Shown: positions 10,920 to 27,174, counted from the first letter of the stretch. The stretch: DNA of 64,000 nt from Camelus ferus (GCF_009834535.1 NC_045696.1:61196001-61260000); one strand, 5' to 3'. Notes: generated from the letters alone by a model not told the origin. Numbers and translations are program-made.

Positions 10920-13900
10920 CTGTCCAACAGAGATGACATGGTGAACACCAGAGCGTGGTGGGACAGCCCCAAGGAGTGGGGGCCCCTTCATACCATGCTC
11001 TCTTCAGCCATGGTATCTGACCACTTTGGCAGAAGGGTGTACAAGGGCTAAGGCCTCAGGATCAGAGTAGTCTACCATCAGCCCACCTCCTCCTGGCAGC
11101 TCTCCAGGACCTGCCACTCCCCCAGTGCAGGGCCTGGCATTTGTACACAGCCTTACCCTAGGGTGGGTCAGACAGCTCTGCCTACAGTTTACAAATAAGG
11201 AAACAGGTTCAAACAAGTGACATGACTTGCCTACAGTTACCAAAAAGAGCGCAGCAGACACAGGATGCAAATCCAGTTGTTAGTCTCATACCACCACCTC
11301 ACCTCCCTCCTCCTCTGGCCACGCCTAAGCCCCAGTCCTCTCCTGGCCACCCGATTCCACCCTTCAGCCCAGTTCCAGTTCTGAGCTACATTGGCTCAAG
11401 GGAGCACCATGGCCTTAGCACTGGGCTTAGGGCCAAGCCCTCCAACCACAATCTATCTCCTCAGGCAGCCTTTCATCAGTTTGGAAGCACTTGGGGCAAC
11501 CCACGCTATCACGCACCAGTTTACATGTCCCCAGTGCCTTCTGCCTCCCCTTGCCAGGACCGTTGGGCCCCTCACCCTTGCCCCCATCCACCTCCTTGCG
11601 GGGAGAGCTCTACTTTCATCTTAAACAAGGGGTCCAAAAGGGAACCTAGCCTCCCAGTGTGGCTGGACTGTGGGACCACCAGTCCTTCGCTCTAAACTCG
11701 ATAGACACAAAATCTATTGACGCAGCCTAAGTCCAGGACTGGGGTTGGGGTGGGAGCCAGGCTAGGTGGGCAAGAAAGAACAGAGCGCCCTCCTAGATGC
11801 TTCAAATGCCAAAAAGCCAATAGGTCATGAGGCTCCTGCACCTGCTGCTGGGGTCACTCACACCTCAGGGCAGGGGCAGAATCTGGGCTACCGCAGAGGT
11901 GGTGAAAGCCTCATACTGCTGTGGTGGACGCGTGTGGCACCAAGCTGCAGGCCTCCACTGCCAACCCCCAACCCGTACATCACCTGTCCATGCCAGGAGC
12001 GTAAAGAGAGGCTTCCTCCAAACTGCAGCCAGAGCAGAGGGGTTGGGGAAGGTGAAGGCTGGCAGGAGGCAGTGAGGCCTGAGCACCTAGATCCTCCTCC
12101 GTGAGGTGATGCGGCCACCGGGGCAGCACGATCCCCAAGTAGCCCCTTCGAGAGACCAAAAGTTGCACCCCACGAGCACAGCAATCCTTGGGGAGCCAAG
12201 AGGTGTGGCAGAGGAAGGCTGGGAACCCAGCCTCCTTGCCAACAAGGCTGCAGGCCGGCCACCACAGACACAGCAACCCTGTGATTACCACGCTGCCCTC
12301 CGGGTGGGAAGGGCAGGCAAGGAAGGAAGAAGAGAGGACAACACACGGGAAGGGACAAAGCCCATCCAAAAATAGCAGGGCCAATCCAAAGAGAGAAACG
12401 CCTCTCCTCCCTACCCTCCAGCCACCGACCGACCGGCTGAGGTCAAGAGGCAGGCTGGGGAACGCCTGGCATCCGGACCCCCTGCTGCTGTCCCCCAACA
12501 CCCATGGGCCCTCTGGGTCCCGCATGCCCCTCCACAGAACAGTCTCAGACACCAAGCCCACAGCTGGACACTGGACTCTGCTCTCCACACCTCTTCAGAG
12601 GTGCTCATTAACTAAGGTGGAGAAGCAGCGCACAGTGCAACAGACTCACGTCCAAGGCCAGGTTTACACCGTGACCACGCCCTCCCAGTGGACCCTGAGT
12701 AAGGCCAGACTAGCAGGAGGTCACTCCCTCCGCTCCTTTCCTTTTCCCAACACAGCCCCTCACTCAGAAGCCTCCCCAGACCCATTTCTGAGAGTGAACG
12801 CAGAGCCAAGCCCACCTCCTTTTGTTACAGGTATGGCCGAGGGAAGAGCCAGGCCTGGAAGAAAGGGCTCCCTTGATCACTGCTAGAAGTCCTGACGCCA
12901 AGTCTCAGAAAGGCTTTGCTACTGCATAAGGGGGAGTCAGGAGTGCAGACTACGCATGAGAAAGAAAGACCACCTCGGGAACAACATCCCAAGCACAGAA
13001 GCAGCATCCTCCCAACAAAGGTCAACTCCGACGACGCCGGAGATGCTGCCACCCTGCCCACCGTCCCCCTTGAGGCTCAGTGGGGTGGAGGTGCCAGCAG
13101 TCCAGCTGCTTCTCACCCAGCCTGCTCTGGCCACACACCTCCCTTTCCCCTCCAAGAACAGCCTAGAGTCTTTATAGCAACAAGAGGGTGCAGCCCCTGC
13201 AGCACAGACAGGCACCTCTAACAGGATGCCTGTCAGCATCCTGGGACAGGCAAGCTGTGAAGCAGCACTTGGGAAGGGCCTGGGCTGAGAACCGCCTAAG
13301 GCGGCCCCAGCTCTACTTGGGACCAGCCTCCGGAAACCTCAGCCCCTTGTCCCAGTCCTGGCCTACCTAGTCCCAAAACGGCTGACAAATGTGGCTTAAA
13401 TTCTGCTCAAAACACCATCCTACGCACTTCTCTCCGGGTGTCCCCAGCAGCCCCTGGCCTTAAGGGACAACACATACCCTTTGCCCCCCCTCCCCCACCT
13501 ACTACAGGAAGCAGAGGCCCCAGGGACCAGGCCAGGCCAAGGGCCTGCACACGGACTTCAAAACCTCTGTCTTCCTGCCCCACTTCGTGAAAACAGAACA
13601 TCGAAGTACTGCCAGCCATCCCAGCCTCCCAGTAAGACCCTCTGGAAAAGAGTGGTCATCCTCTGTCCCTCATAGTCCAGTCAGAGCCTCACAAGTTGGC
13701 TCACAGAATATCTGGTGTTCTCTCTGTGCTCACTGCCTGGTACCCCAAAAAGCACGGAGTCTAACGAATCAGGCAGAGCCAGGGGCAAGGGCACTGCCAG
13801 ACTCTGGACTAGGAAACAAACACCGGAGACAGCTTCCACAAGAAGGAATCCCAGCCTAGCAGAAAAGCACAGACAAGAGACAGCTGAGCACCGGGCTAAG

Positions 13901-15861
13901 GAGAGACGGCGAAACAGACTAAGACCCACACACGTACAAACCCAGACCCAAAGGGACACCCACAGAGAGCCCATCCACCCGGAGACATGGAGACAGAGCC
14001 TGCCAAACAAACACACTTCGGGCACTGAGGAAACAAGGGGGCAGTTAAAGCTCTGGTACCACCGACACACAGGCCCACTCCCAAAGCCTCACCGGCTGTC
14101 GTGCCTCCTGCCCCTCAACTCCCACCTTCTGAGCAGCTCCAGGGACCAAGGGCAGGCCCTGTGGTCCAAGTTGGGCTGGTAGCCCTGGGGGGGAGTCCGG
14201 CAAGCCCACACTGGCAGGCAGCAGTGGAGGCAGCAGCTGGGCCAACCCTAGCCGGTGACGGAAGGGCGGGGCAGGGCCTGCCCACGTGGCCTCCCAGGAG
14301 GAGTGGCTCCCCGACCCCTCCTGCTCCCCGCCTCGCTCCGGTGGTGACCGAGGGCGCCAGCTCCAGAGACAAGTGCCCCAGAAACCCATGAAGCCCCTGA
14401 GTCACCCCCTGGGGAACACTGGGCCCTGGTACATGGGCCCTCACTGAGAGCAAGGGATGGAGGAAGAAAAGACCTGGGGACCACAGGGCACAAGAGGGTT
14501 CAGGTCCAAGGCCCTCTGGCTCCTGGAGCTGGGAATGGTTGTAGGCTCAGACTCTAGCCAAAGGTCCTACCATGCACCTCCAGAAGGGCCCTCACCCCAG
14601 TCTTCCTATTTCCAGAACGCTCCCCAGACTGCCACACTGCAGTCCCTCCCCTCAGCTCCAAACCACAGACTATACTCCTTCCTGTCTCCAGGCTTCTCTC
14701 CTTCCAGCAGCTTTCTGCTTCTGTCCACCACTAACTCCCCAACCATACCTCACCCCCCCTCAACCTGTTGGTATGTCATTTTTATTCCCAGATACTGGAC
14801 CCTAAGGGAGTCCTGGCCTGCAGAAGAGATGCCAGGGCCACAGCAGGTACAGGTCATGCTCCTCCACAGCCGGCTCCAGGATCCACTCCATCACTCTGAC
14901 TCAGACCCAGAGGCTCCTCTCACCAAACCCCCATGAGGCACAAGGTTCAACCAAAGGCCCCAGACCCCCGAACCTGAAGTCCAGGTAGAAAGGGCTCTGT
15001 AGGAAGCAGTCCCTGCTCCCATCCCTGCCTGGCTCCAAGTCAGAGGAGTCAGAGGAGCCAGGAGTGCAGGGAATTTCCTCTGCCTCGCTCCTCTTCCTGG
15101 TCCTCCATGCTCACCCCCTACCGCAAAGGCAGCTGTAGCCTGCCCTGCCTCAACCAGTTCCTCAGACACCCTGCGGATCGGATAACAAAAGGGTGGGGTG
15201 AGTGGTAGGTGGGGCCTCCACAGAGGGGCGGGCTTGAACCTCAGGGGCTGCAGGTAGGAGACGTGACTTATGAGATGCTGCCTGCAGGCAGACATGTGTT
15301 GCCAGGTGTGAGGGAGAGGGAGGGGTCAGGAATAGAGGCCCTGCCAGGGCAGCCTGGGGACAAAGGAGCCAGGGTGGGAGGCTCAGCAAAGGATGGAGGG
15401 GAGCTCTGGGAGGGAGCAGTGGGGCACAGTGGGAGGGCAGAGGCTGCTCTGAGCTACTGAAGGGCACCCAGGTGGGAGTCCAGAGTCCTTATCCTGGGAG
15501 GGGGAAGGGGGGGTAGGATAAGAGGAGGACCATCCAGGAGTCCCAGAGTCCCTGGTTGGGCCCCGAGGCCATGCTGCCCCGCTTTCTATGCCTCGCCATA
15601 ACGGTAGTTTGGTCCTGACCCACACAGTCAGGGCTGGAGCCAAGCGGGAAAAGGGTGACAGAGGAGGCGCCAGGAAGAGAAAACCCCTCTGAGCCACAGT
15701 ACCTGCATACCTAATGTGAAGCACTCAGGAGTGGACCAGGCCTGCTCCCCTCTTGCTGCAGGAGCCCATGTGTTGTCACAAGGACAGAAGAACTCTCAGC
15801 CCCAGGCCCCTCCACCCTGTGCCCTTCAAGGCAGTGCAGGTGCAGCCCCGACGCTCCCTAC

Positions 15862-16717
<856 letters not shown>

Positions 16718-18136
16718 TCAGAACACACCCGCCCCTGCGTCAGCCCCAGTGGACCTAAAATGCTCATGTGTTGTTGCCCCATGTGCCCAGTACAGTAGGT
16801 ACCAGGGACACAGGGACAGGGCAGGGGCGTCTCAACTACGGGGTGCACAGACTTGGACAACATCATCGCCGCTCAGGTCTTTTATCCACATGTAGCCTGG
16901 GGTGGGAAGAGGGGGACGGGAAGAGGGGGACCTTCCCACATCAGGGAAGCAGAGGCTCCAGGAGGGGCGAAAGGGGTGGCGCAGCGGGGATAAGATCTCA
17001 GGCTGTTTTCTAACTGTGGTGGGAGGATGACAATTTCCAGATTTTGGGCAGGATCCGAGGATTTGGGTCATTTCAGCAGGAAGGTGTGGGTGGGAAATTT
17101 GGATAGGGACTGGGGAAGAAGCAAAATGGGTGGGAACAGTCACACGCACTTCACCCAAATATCCTCACTCCCTCTGGGGCCCCCTTTAGGGTGAGGGAAA
17201 AAATGCCACTCCAGTGAAGCTAGCAAAGAGGTATTCATTCAGGACAGACTGAGGCACAGAGAGTGAGGAGGAAGCCAGCCTTGATGGGAGAATCAAAGGC
17301 CTCTCGTGGGACTAGAGAGCTGGCCCTGCCACTCAAAGGGGATGGTAACCCAGGGAAAGTCACCCAAGACCTCTAAGTCCCATGTTCCTCACCTGTGAAA
17401 TGGGGATAAAAATAATCTGCTCACTTTACACAGTTTAAGGGGGCCACACAAGAAAAGCTGACCTTATAGTTTACCATTCAAACCAGGATGCCTGAGTATG
17501 AAAGGGGGTGCTATTAATTACTCCAGGACATCAGCCATGAACCAGGATGCGTGGTCACCCAAGGTATAAAGTCAGCAATTAATTAGGGTGATTGTACATC
17601 CTGAGTTAGAACGGTTTTCTGGATGGTAGAACTGGACTGACTCCTCCCAATCTAAAGCAAGGAGATCATACTCCTTTGTGTGCCTCTGATAGCAGAGGAT
17701 CATGACGGTCTCAACACAGGATAAGCTCACACAGGAGCCAGGGCAGGGCCAGGTACCACCCCAGTGTGCAGGTGAACATCCTGTCACAGTCTGTAAGGCC
17801 CTGTGTGCCCCCAACTCTACCTGGAACATGCTTACCAACTAGTCTCTGCCTGGCTAAATTCTGATATTTTATGAGCTTAACACTGGGTCCTCCAGAAAGC
17901 CTCTATGGGTCCCCACAACACTTATCCCTGTGCATTCTAGCACCTGGTACGTGGGCATCGAGAATTTCTGGATGGATGAGTGAATGGATGGCCACACAAG
18001 GGCACCCCAGGCCCTGAAGAGACGAGGGCTGATGGGAGTACAGAAGGCCCTGGAAGCTCTGAGGCCTGGGTGCGTAGGGACCACGTCAGGGCAGAGTGGG
18101 GTCCAGGCCCCTTGAGCCAGCAGCCCCTGCCCCTCA

Positions 18137-18469
<333 letters not shown>

Positions 18470-18773
18470 TCAGCCCCTTCCCTGGAGGCCTGCCAGAGCC
18501 ACCCTCCTTGCTCCTTCCTGGTCTGTCCTCCAGGGACCTCCAGGAGTCCTACAGCCTCCCAAGCCTCTTCCTCCAGGCAATGTAGGAAACTGAGGCCCAG
18601 AGAAGCAACCCAAAGAGTCTCAGGTTAGCAATGCCAAAAACTAAACTCTGGGGCCAGTCCCTCCCATGGGTGCAACTCTCTGCTAGTGAACACAAGCAAA
18701 ATCCGGACATGGACGGAGCTCCAACAGACACAATCAGTGCTGGGTTAGGCCTGTGAGCCCCTCTGCCACATCA

Positions 18774-19340
<567 letters not shown>

Positions 19341-19403
19341 TTAAAGTGTTGCAATAAAAAATATTTTTGGTGTAGAAGGAAAATGCTTTAAATATAATGC
19401 CAT

Positions 19404-19520
19404 GGGGGAGGGTATAGCTCAGTGGTAGAGTGCATGCCTAGCATGTATGAGGTCCTCGGTTCAACCCTCAGTATCTCAATTAAAAAAAAATGAATAAATA
19501 AACCTAATAACCCCCCACAA
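19404..19520 (+). mobile_element. tRNA-derived SINE (Vic-1-like, camelid), inside an older L1M remnant
   Basis: GGGGAGGGTATAGCTCAGTGGTAGAG (A box), GGTTCAACCC (B box), A-rich tail. Confidence 0.85.
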
Positions 19521-20028
19521 AGCTCATATGTATATATAGCCATAAAATTAATCTACAGTGACAGAAGTCAGAAGAGTGGTTTCCCTGTTCTGGGAAGGGG
19601 AATAGTCAAGGGAGCATTCAGTTAGGGGCTACTCAGAGGAAGAGGCCTGAGGGGTTCTGGGGTGACAGAGATGCTCTATATCCCAATCCGGGTGGTGGTT
19701 GCACGGGCCCATGCACATGTGAAAATTCACTGAGTTGCATACTCAAGAACTGTATGCTTTACTGCGCACATGCTATCCATCCCTCTGGGTGAAAAAATTT
19801 TAAATACTATACTAAGATGAAAGGGCAAGATTTAAAAAATTGAATTCAAAATTTGTATCTTAACTAAATTCAACAAAATACCTGAGGAGTGAAAAGGGTG
19901 GAAATGCTAACTCTGTTTCCTCTGAGTGGTGGAATTACAGGCAATTTTTCTCCTTATTTTTAAAAGTTTTCAAACTTTTATTATAAGTAAATTAGTTTTA
20001 CAATTGAGAAAAGAAACAGATGTGTCTA

Positions 20029-20472
<444 letters not shown>

Positions 20473-22325
20473 TCACTCAGTCCTGCCCCACCAGGTCCTC
20501 AGCTAGGCCTCCAGGTCCTAGCTTAGCCAAAATTCCAGGGGGCAGCCCCTGGGAGGCCTACGCCCACTCCCAACCACATCCTCAAACGGGAACCACCCCC
20601 TACCCAGAGAGGCCTCAGGATTTGTGCCAGAAATGGACGGCCAGGCATGTAGCCTGTGGCTGCTGTGGCCCCACACCCAGCTGTGGGGTCAGGAACAGCC
20701 CGAAATCACTCCATGCTCCACCTTCTGCCCCACTCATCCCTCTTTGTACCCCTACCCGGCACAGACTCCAGCCCCTCACCCGAGCAGGTGGGCAGGAGAC
20801 TGAGGGGCCCTCACAAACACCTCCTGTCCATTTTTAGCCCTGGCCCCTTCTCTGAGTTGCCCATTTGGCGCTGTCTGTCTCCACCCTCCCCAGGGAGTCG
20901 GCTGCCCTTCATCCTGCCAAGTGAGAGGATAATTTGAGCCTGAGGTTGGACGGTGAGTGTGTGTTTGGGGAGGGGGGTCGGGTAGATGAAGCAAGGCCTT
21001 ACTGGGGAGGGCCTGGGAAGACAGCTAGGCTTCTGGAGGGAGTGCCTAGAGCTGAGGGCTCAGAAAGAGGAAAGGTTGGAGAGCACTCTGTAACCTGGGC
21101 TGGAGAGGGAGGGGGCCAAAGGTCAGGGGACAGGAGGGAAGCCCTGAGGGTCAGAGCGGCTTGTTGGTTTGACCTGGTCACCCCATCAGGGCATGCAAAG
21201 CCTTGGCTTCAGGCCACACACTTTGCCCAGTTGGGCCCCTGACCCTCAAGGTTGGCAGAGGCTTGTCTGTATAGGGTGAGGGGATCTCCAATCTGAGGGC
21301 CTCTTCTGGCCACCGTTCCATCCTTCTTTCCAGTAACTGGAATCCCTTATGTTTGCATGCAACATTCAGTTGACAAGGTCCTTTACAGCCTTTCTCTCCT
21401 GGGACCCTCCCTACAGCCCCAAGAGGTGAGCTGGGCAAGTGTGGCCGGCAAGGTTTTACTGAAGACATGCCTCAAGCCTGGAGATGTTCCCTGACTGGCC
21501 TGGGGACCTCCTTTGAGTCAGTGGTAGATCCAAGACCCCCTGACTGAATCGTGCACACAGTACAGCTCTTTCCTTCTGCCTTCACCCGCCCCAACACACT
21601 CATCCTTCCCTAAAACCTGGGCAAGGGACCAGAACAGTGTCCCCAGAAAAGGCCACAGGATCCCAAGAGACAGCCCCTTTGCCAGATCACAGCCAGAAAA
21701 TCTCTGCTGCCCAATCCCAGTCCAGCTGTTCTGCCCTGCCCGCCCCCCACCTCAGCCCTGAGGCCAGAAGTGGGGAGGGAAGGCCCGGCTGGTTCACTTC
21801 CTCTCGCATTGTCTTCCAGACAATGGGCAAAGTTCCACTGAGTCACACCAGGGACTCACCACTCCACAGACCCAAATTAGGGCAGGGGGGATGGGGGCAG
21901 GCTGGGGGGAAGGAAGCTGTTAGCAGGGCCGGTGGACAAGAGAAACCCTGCACAGACTAGGGAGGTGGGGGAGTGGGAAAGCAAAGATGTCCTAGGTCTA
22001 GACAGTCCCACTGCCCCACACTGGACACCGGCCCCAACATTCAGACAGAGCAAGGGCTCACGTTACGGCGCACCTGTCAACGAGCGCCTGTTCCCTGCCC
22101 AGCACGAGGGGACATGAAGCCACCACTGCACACAGGCCACTCAGCGCCAGCTCTGGCGGAGACAGACACTTAGCCAGGCAGCTCTAAAAGTACCCTGCCT
22201 GATAAGACCCCAGAGGAGGGAGGTCTGTACAAAGTGCGAGATTATAGTGCCAAGAACGGGGAAAGCTCCCAGGACAACATCAGAGCGAGCCCCAGTGGGC
22301 AGCCCCTCCCTCCTTGTCCACCCAC

Positions 22326-22396
22326 CTTGCTCATCCATGACTTGCGTTTGCACATGGCCTTCCTCCTCTTCACAGCCTCCCACAGTCGCCGCTGGC
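22326..22396 (-). CDS. TNK2: TNK2 coding exon ([24 protein letters not shown])
   Basis: cag|GC ... AAG|gtgggt; 71 nt restores phase 0. Confidence 0.97.
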
Positions 22397-23422
22397 CTGT
22401 GGGGAGGAAGGGGAACCTTGTGCTGCTTAGGCACTCACAACCCTCAGAGGTTGCTGCCTGTTGCAGGCTTCCTCAGTCCCCCTAGGGGGAGTCTATCACT
22501 AGATACTGCCCAAGGAAACAAGCCACCCCACCAACCAGGGGCCGCCATCAACCAGAGGGTCATTGCATTCCACTTCTAGGCAGGGGTTCTCAAACTGAAT
22601 GGAAGTGTTTAACCACCGAAATTGAACAGTAGTGCTCTTATGCCAATTCTCAAGAAAAATTAAGAAATCAAGGTAAAGGACAGAATTTTTCCCAATTTTG
22701 AGCTTCTCTCCCACAAAATTTTATTATGTAACTGGCATCGGACATCAACTCTCCAAGCTAAAAAGCAGCATAAATTAGTGTCTAATTTAGCATATTATTA
22801 CTTATTTAGCTATTTTAGGTTGAATGTACTAAAAAGTTTCTAATGTTCTGTAAGAAACACCGTGACTTCTAGATGCTACAGTCACTACTTTTACGATAAA
22901 TACATAAAAAAGAAATCAGTTCAACTTATGGAACAGATCTTTGTGAGAGAGACAGAGAAAGAAAGAGAGAGATTAAGAGACAAGAAGTAAACCACCCGAG
23001 GGTTTTTATCTTCCCTTCTCCACACAGATCTCTGGCCATCAACCCCTCTAGTGCTGAACAGTGAACAGAACAGACTCAACTCTACATTTATAGAGGAGGA
23101 GATGGAAGAAACACATCCTACAAATATCTGCACAAACAAAACAGAGTATGCAGTTAATCCTGAGTAGCCAGAGATATAAGAATCCTCTAACTCCAGTTCA
23201 CCTTCACAACTGCAAACCGGTCTCATGCATTCACTGTGTGCAGTATCTACTGATGCCCACTGCCCCACCATGGGGGCTCTCAGATAGGCAGGGAGAGTTC
23301 TCAGCTCTGCCATCCGAAAGAATAAAGTGGGGAGGGCTCTTCTATGTGGTTGGCAGTCCTGAGGATAGATGAGGTAAATGGTCAGTGGGGCAATGACAAG
23401 TGAGGCCAACGCCCCTACCTAC

Positions 23423-23585
23423 CAGGCCGGCCCATGCCAATCTTCTCCAGGTCCTCATTCTTGACATACTCGAAGTGGGACAGGCGGGTAACGTTGAGGT
23501 CGTCACGGAGCCGCAGGAAATACTGCTGCAGCTGCACCTCGGACAGCAGATCCAGCAACCAGCCTGTGCCCTCCTCTGGCTGCAT
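23423..23585 (-). CDS. TNK2: TNK2 first common coding exon ([14 protein letters not shown]...GMGRP, SAM domain); exon starts at 23603
   Basis: ATG 23585-23583; acceptor ...ccccacag|AGG at 23603; donor CTG|gtaggt; 163 coding nt. Confidence 0.97.
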
Positions 23586-23912
23586 GCTGCTGCTCCCCAG
23601 CCTCTGTGGGGAGAGAATGGCTCAGGGACCATGAGACGCAGGGAGGTAAGAGGTGACCTTGCCCTGTGCACTGGGTTCACCTACATCCTACTATGCTGCT
23701 GCAGGGAAGGATTCAAACCACCTTCCTGCTTCCCAAAGCAGCTGTACAGAAAAGACTGTACCCACCTGGCTTGCTTCCTGTGACAATAGGGGTAGAATTA
23801 GAGCAGATGGGATTCAGCCCAGGCCCTGGAGTTAGGGTCTTACTCCCCAAATCTCTCATCCATGGCTGAGTGGCCTGAGATCAAACTCTGTTCTCAGGGG
23901 TCTCCATTGGCT

Positions 23913-24175
23913 TTTTTTTTTTTTTAAGTATAGTCAGTTACAATGTATCAATTTCTGGTGTACAGCATGTTTCAGTCATACATATATATATATATTCATT
24001 TTCATATTCTTTTTCATTATAGGTTACTACAAGATATTGAATACAGTTCCCTGTGCTTCACAGAAGAAATCTGGTTTTTTAAAATCTATTTTATATACAG
24101 TAGTATTTGCAAATCTCAAATTCCCAATTTATCCCCTTCCACCTGCTTTCCCCCTATAACAATAAGTAGTCATTC
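23913..24175 (-). mobile_element. Young L1 3' end
   Basis: Poly-T tail; TSD CCATTGGCT at 23904-23912 and 24176-24184. Confidence 0.8.
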
Positions 24176-26038
24176 CCATTGGCTCGTAAACTATCCTGGT
24201 ATCACAAGCCTTTTGAGAATCTGAGAGTAACTATCAATCGTGTCTCCAGGAAAATATATACATTCTTATTCATAAAGTTTTAATGAACAATTTTGGAAGG
24301 GATAGTGTCCCTTGAGAGCTATCCATGAGCTACCCAGACCTGACGGACCCGACAGGGACTAGATGAGCTCTAGCTATGTCCCTCCCTAATGCCTGACATC
24401 TCAGGAGCCTCCCTTGCCCCCGTCCAAAGACCACTCCACAAGCCGCCACTTGAGTATCTTCTGGGATCACAGGAGGGGAAGATGAGAGGGAAGGACAGAG
24501 GCTGGGGTGGGCTTTCAGACGTGGCCCAAGGATGCAGCAGTAATCAGCTGCAGTCAACAGCTGTCACAACAGACTGTGGCCCAGTACTGTCAAAGCTTTC
24601 AATTTTTTTCAAGAAAATACCAGAATTCTGAATATGTGAAATATTACCATTAAAAATTTTTTTGGAAAAGGTAATACATGCACATGGTAAAATATTCAAA
24701 AGGCACACAGGAGCCATAAAGTTTCACTCCCTGTCTTACTGCACAGCCACCAAGCTCTCCATCCCCAAGTCAGCTGCCATTAAGGGCTCTGACATATAAG
24801 GGCTCTGACAAGTCTTCCAGATTTGTTTTCCCCATACAAATACTCACCCATAACCCACACCGTTCTGTTCCTTGTTTTCACTTGACATTATATCTTCCTC
24901 CTGACTTCTGAACTATGTCAACTAATTCAAGTTTGAAATACACACATGCACACACATGGATATGCTTTGCTGGCCAAACAAAACGACGTGCAGGCCACAA
25001 TCAGCCAAGGGGCCACCAGTGAGTGAGCACCAACCTACACCCTCTGGGGCCCAGAGAAAGAGGCCGGTGGTAGCCCCACAGCTAGGCAGCCTCGCTCACC
25101 TGACACCAAATCCATCCCTGTATGAGTAAGACTCCTCGGAGCTAAGGGCCTGTCAAGCCCCTGACCTGTGCTCAATCCCCACCAAAGAAGAGAGGCATGA
25201 GGGAAAAGGCCAGCTGCCCTGAGATCCTCTCCTCCCAACTCAGAGGTGGCTCATCCCCCAGTTCTCATCACAGGTCATATTAAGAGAAGCAGGCACTCTC
25301 AGCCCAGGACCAGCATGAGGCTCCTGCCCCCAGTTCCCAGTGGGGCTGCCAACCCAGTGCCAGGAGCTCAGGCTTTCCCAGGCAGCACAAAGAGCGACAA
25401 ATGGGAACGAGAAGCCCTCAGTTCAAATCCTGGCTCCTTCACCAAGGTGGCTGGGCCAGAAGAGTTTCCAAACTTTAAGCCGTAACCCTTTACTGGGATG
25501 GCGGACAGTTCTCACGAGGGCTGTACAGCCCCCTAGGGGACATTTTTGATTGTCACGTGCTGAGGGACCACTAGGGTATTTAGTGGGTGGCTGGGGGACA
25601 AGAACACAGTCTCACACACTGTCCCAAAGCTCACACAACTTAATTCATGCAGGTGAAAAATTGTGTATAATCATCTTGAGAAGTGAATTCCACTGTCCAT
25701 ATGAAAAAGAAAGTATGTTTGCAGTTTTCATACTTAATTTTCCTGGAATAGAACTACTGTGTACAGTGAGGGAAAACTGGTCTTTTGCTTTGTTTAGAAC
25801 TTACCAAAAGTTGTCCACTAATTCAGAAGAATGTCACTTGAGGCAGCCCAACCTTATTATTTCAAAACTCTCCTCTCGGTCAGCCCTTGTAGATGTTGCC
25901 TCCATAGTGGTTCTACCTGAGGTCTTAACATCTGACTACTTCATAATGCCACAGTGACATATTAGAATACATGAAATGTTATCACTGATCTCCTCTTATC
26001 TCTCTTATATGTTACAGGAGGCATTATGTTGACTGAAT

Positions 26039-26076
26039 ACACACACACACAACACACACACACACACACACACACA
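26039..26076. repeat. (AC)n microsatellite
   Basis: Read directly. Confidence 0.9.
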
Positions 26077-27096
26077 GTAAACAAGTTATATTGTATTTCT
26101 ATTAATTTTATTTAATAAGAATAAAAAATAACTAACACTTCAACTATAGTTAACTATATGTTGGGCACAAGTTCTATACACTTAGCTATATTAACTCATT
26201 TATTCTCAACAAAGCCATCTGTAAACAAACAAGGGGGTGTGGGCTTAAGAAGGCAGGGCACCACTGCTTTCCAGAAGAAAGCCTAACCTAGGCAGCATCT
26301 TTCCGTGGCCTGACCAGACGGGGCCAGCTAGAACCACTCTCCTGTCCCTGGAGCAAAGTGATTCCACCCCTCACATGGCTCAGCTCAACATGGGGCCTGC
26401 AATGAGGGCAAGCGGTCTGAGGGCCCCCATCACTTCCTCCTCAGCCCCCAAGTCCCAGGGCTCCGGGCCCCTCATTCTACCTCCTCGAGAGTAGGAGGCA
26501 GCAACTCCTGAGACCAGCTCTGCCCTGGGTGGTGGGGGCCGGGGGAGGCTCAGAGACCCCTCCCCTGAAGAAGCTGCTTAGAAAGCAGTCTGGCCTGTTC
26601 CTTTTCCCTGAAATACCGGCTAACAAATCTCCCTGCTCCACTAGGTACTCCTCTCCCTGCTCCCCAACCCCAGACACAAGGCTGCTCTGCGTAGGGGTGT
26701 GTGGGAAGACGGGAAAGAACATTGGGATCCCAGTGAGAAAGCAGTCAGGGTGACCCTAGACAAGTCCCCGCCCTTCCCCTAAGTCCCCCTCCAACCCCAG
26801 TATCTTTGTGGAGCACAGAGCACTGCTGCGGTGTCCCCCAGCACAGCCCAGTCCACACACCTATGTCTAACACGTGTGGCTCCTGTGACTGGCACGCCTG
26901 CTTCCCGAACATGCTTTTCTGACACACTCTCCACCAGAACGCAGCCACCAGAGTGGGGAAGCCTTGAACCCCTGGCGAGCTGTAATGGAGGCAGCCCTCA
27001 GCCATTTCCAGTCCTGCTCTCTGGCCCTTAGTGAAGCTCTGAGGAACTGATTCAGTCCCTGGTCAGTCCGGCTCCCGCCCCCAACCCCCCACTCAC

Positions 27097-27174
27097 TGTG
27101 TAGAGTCTCCGCCGAAGTCTGGCCAGAAGAGGGAAGGAGAGCTCGAGGCCAGGGAACCGACGAGCTGCTGGCAT
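27097..27174 (-). CDS. TNK2: TNK2 alternative first coding exon (MPAARRFPGLELSFPLLARLRRRLYT)
   Basis: ATG 27174; 78 nt; donor ACA|gtgagt; in frame via RLGSSS to the common Met; matches my recollection of an annotated ACK1 alternative N-terminus. Confidence 0.85.

Noticed and set aside
12188..12886. 232-aa plus-strand intronic ORF
   Set aside because: TTG start, no recognisable homology, compositionally biased intron.
19404..19476. tRNA-like sequences (also at 48950-49026 and 58817-58890)
   Set aside because: They have A-rich tails and degenerate stems, and one has a clear TSD: SINE heads, not tRNA genes.
24781..24810. 14-bp direct repeat TAAGGGCTCTGACA x2
   Set aside because: Simple local duplication in an intron, no functional indication.
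25090..25120. Donor-like ATGGATTTGGTGTCAG|gtgagc as another TNK2 5' exon
   Set aside because: The ATG would be out of frame with the common exon and there is no promoter or acceptor support.
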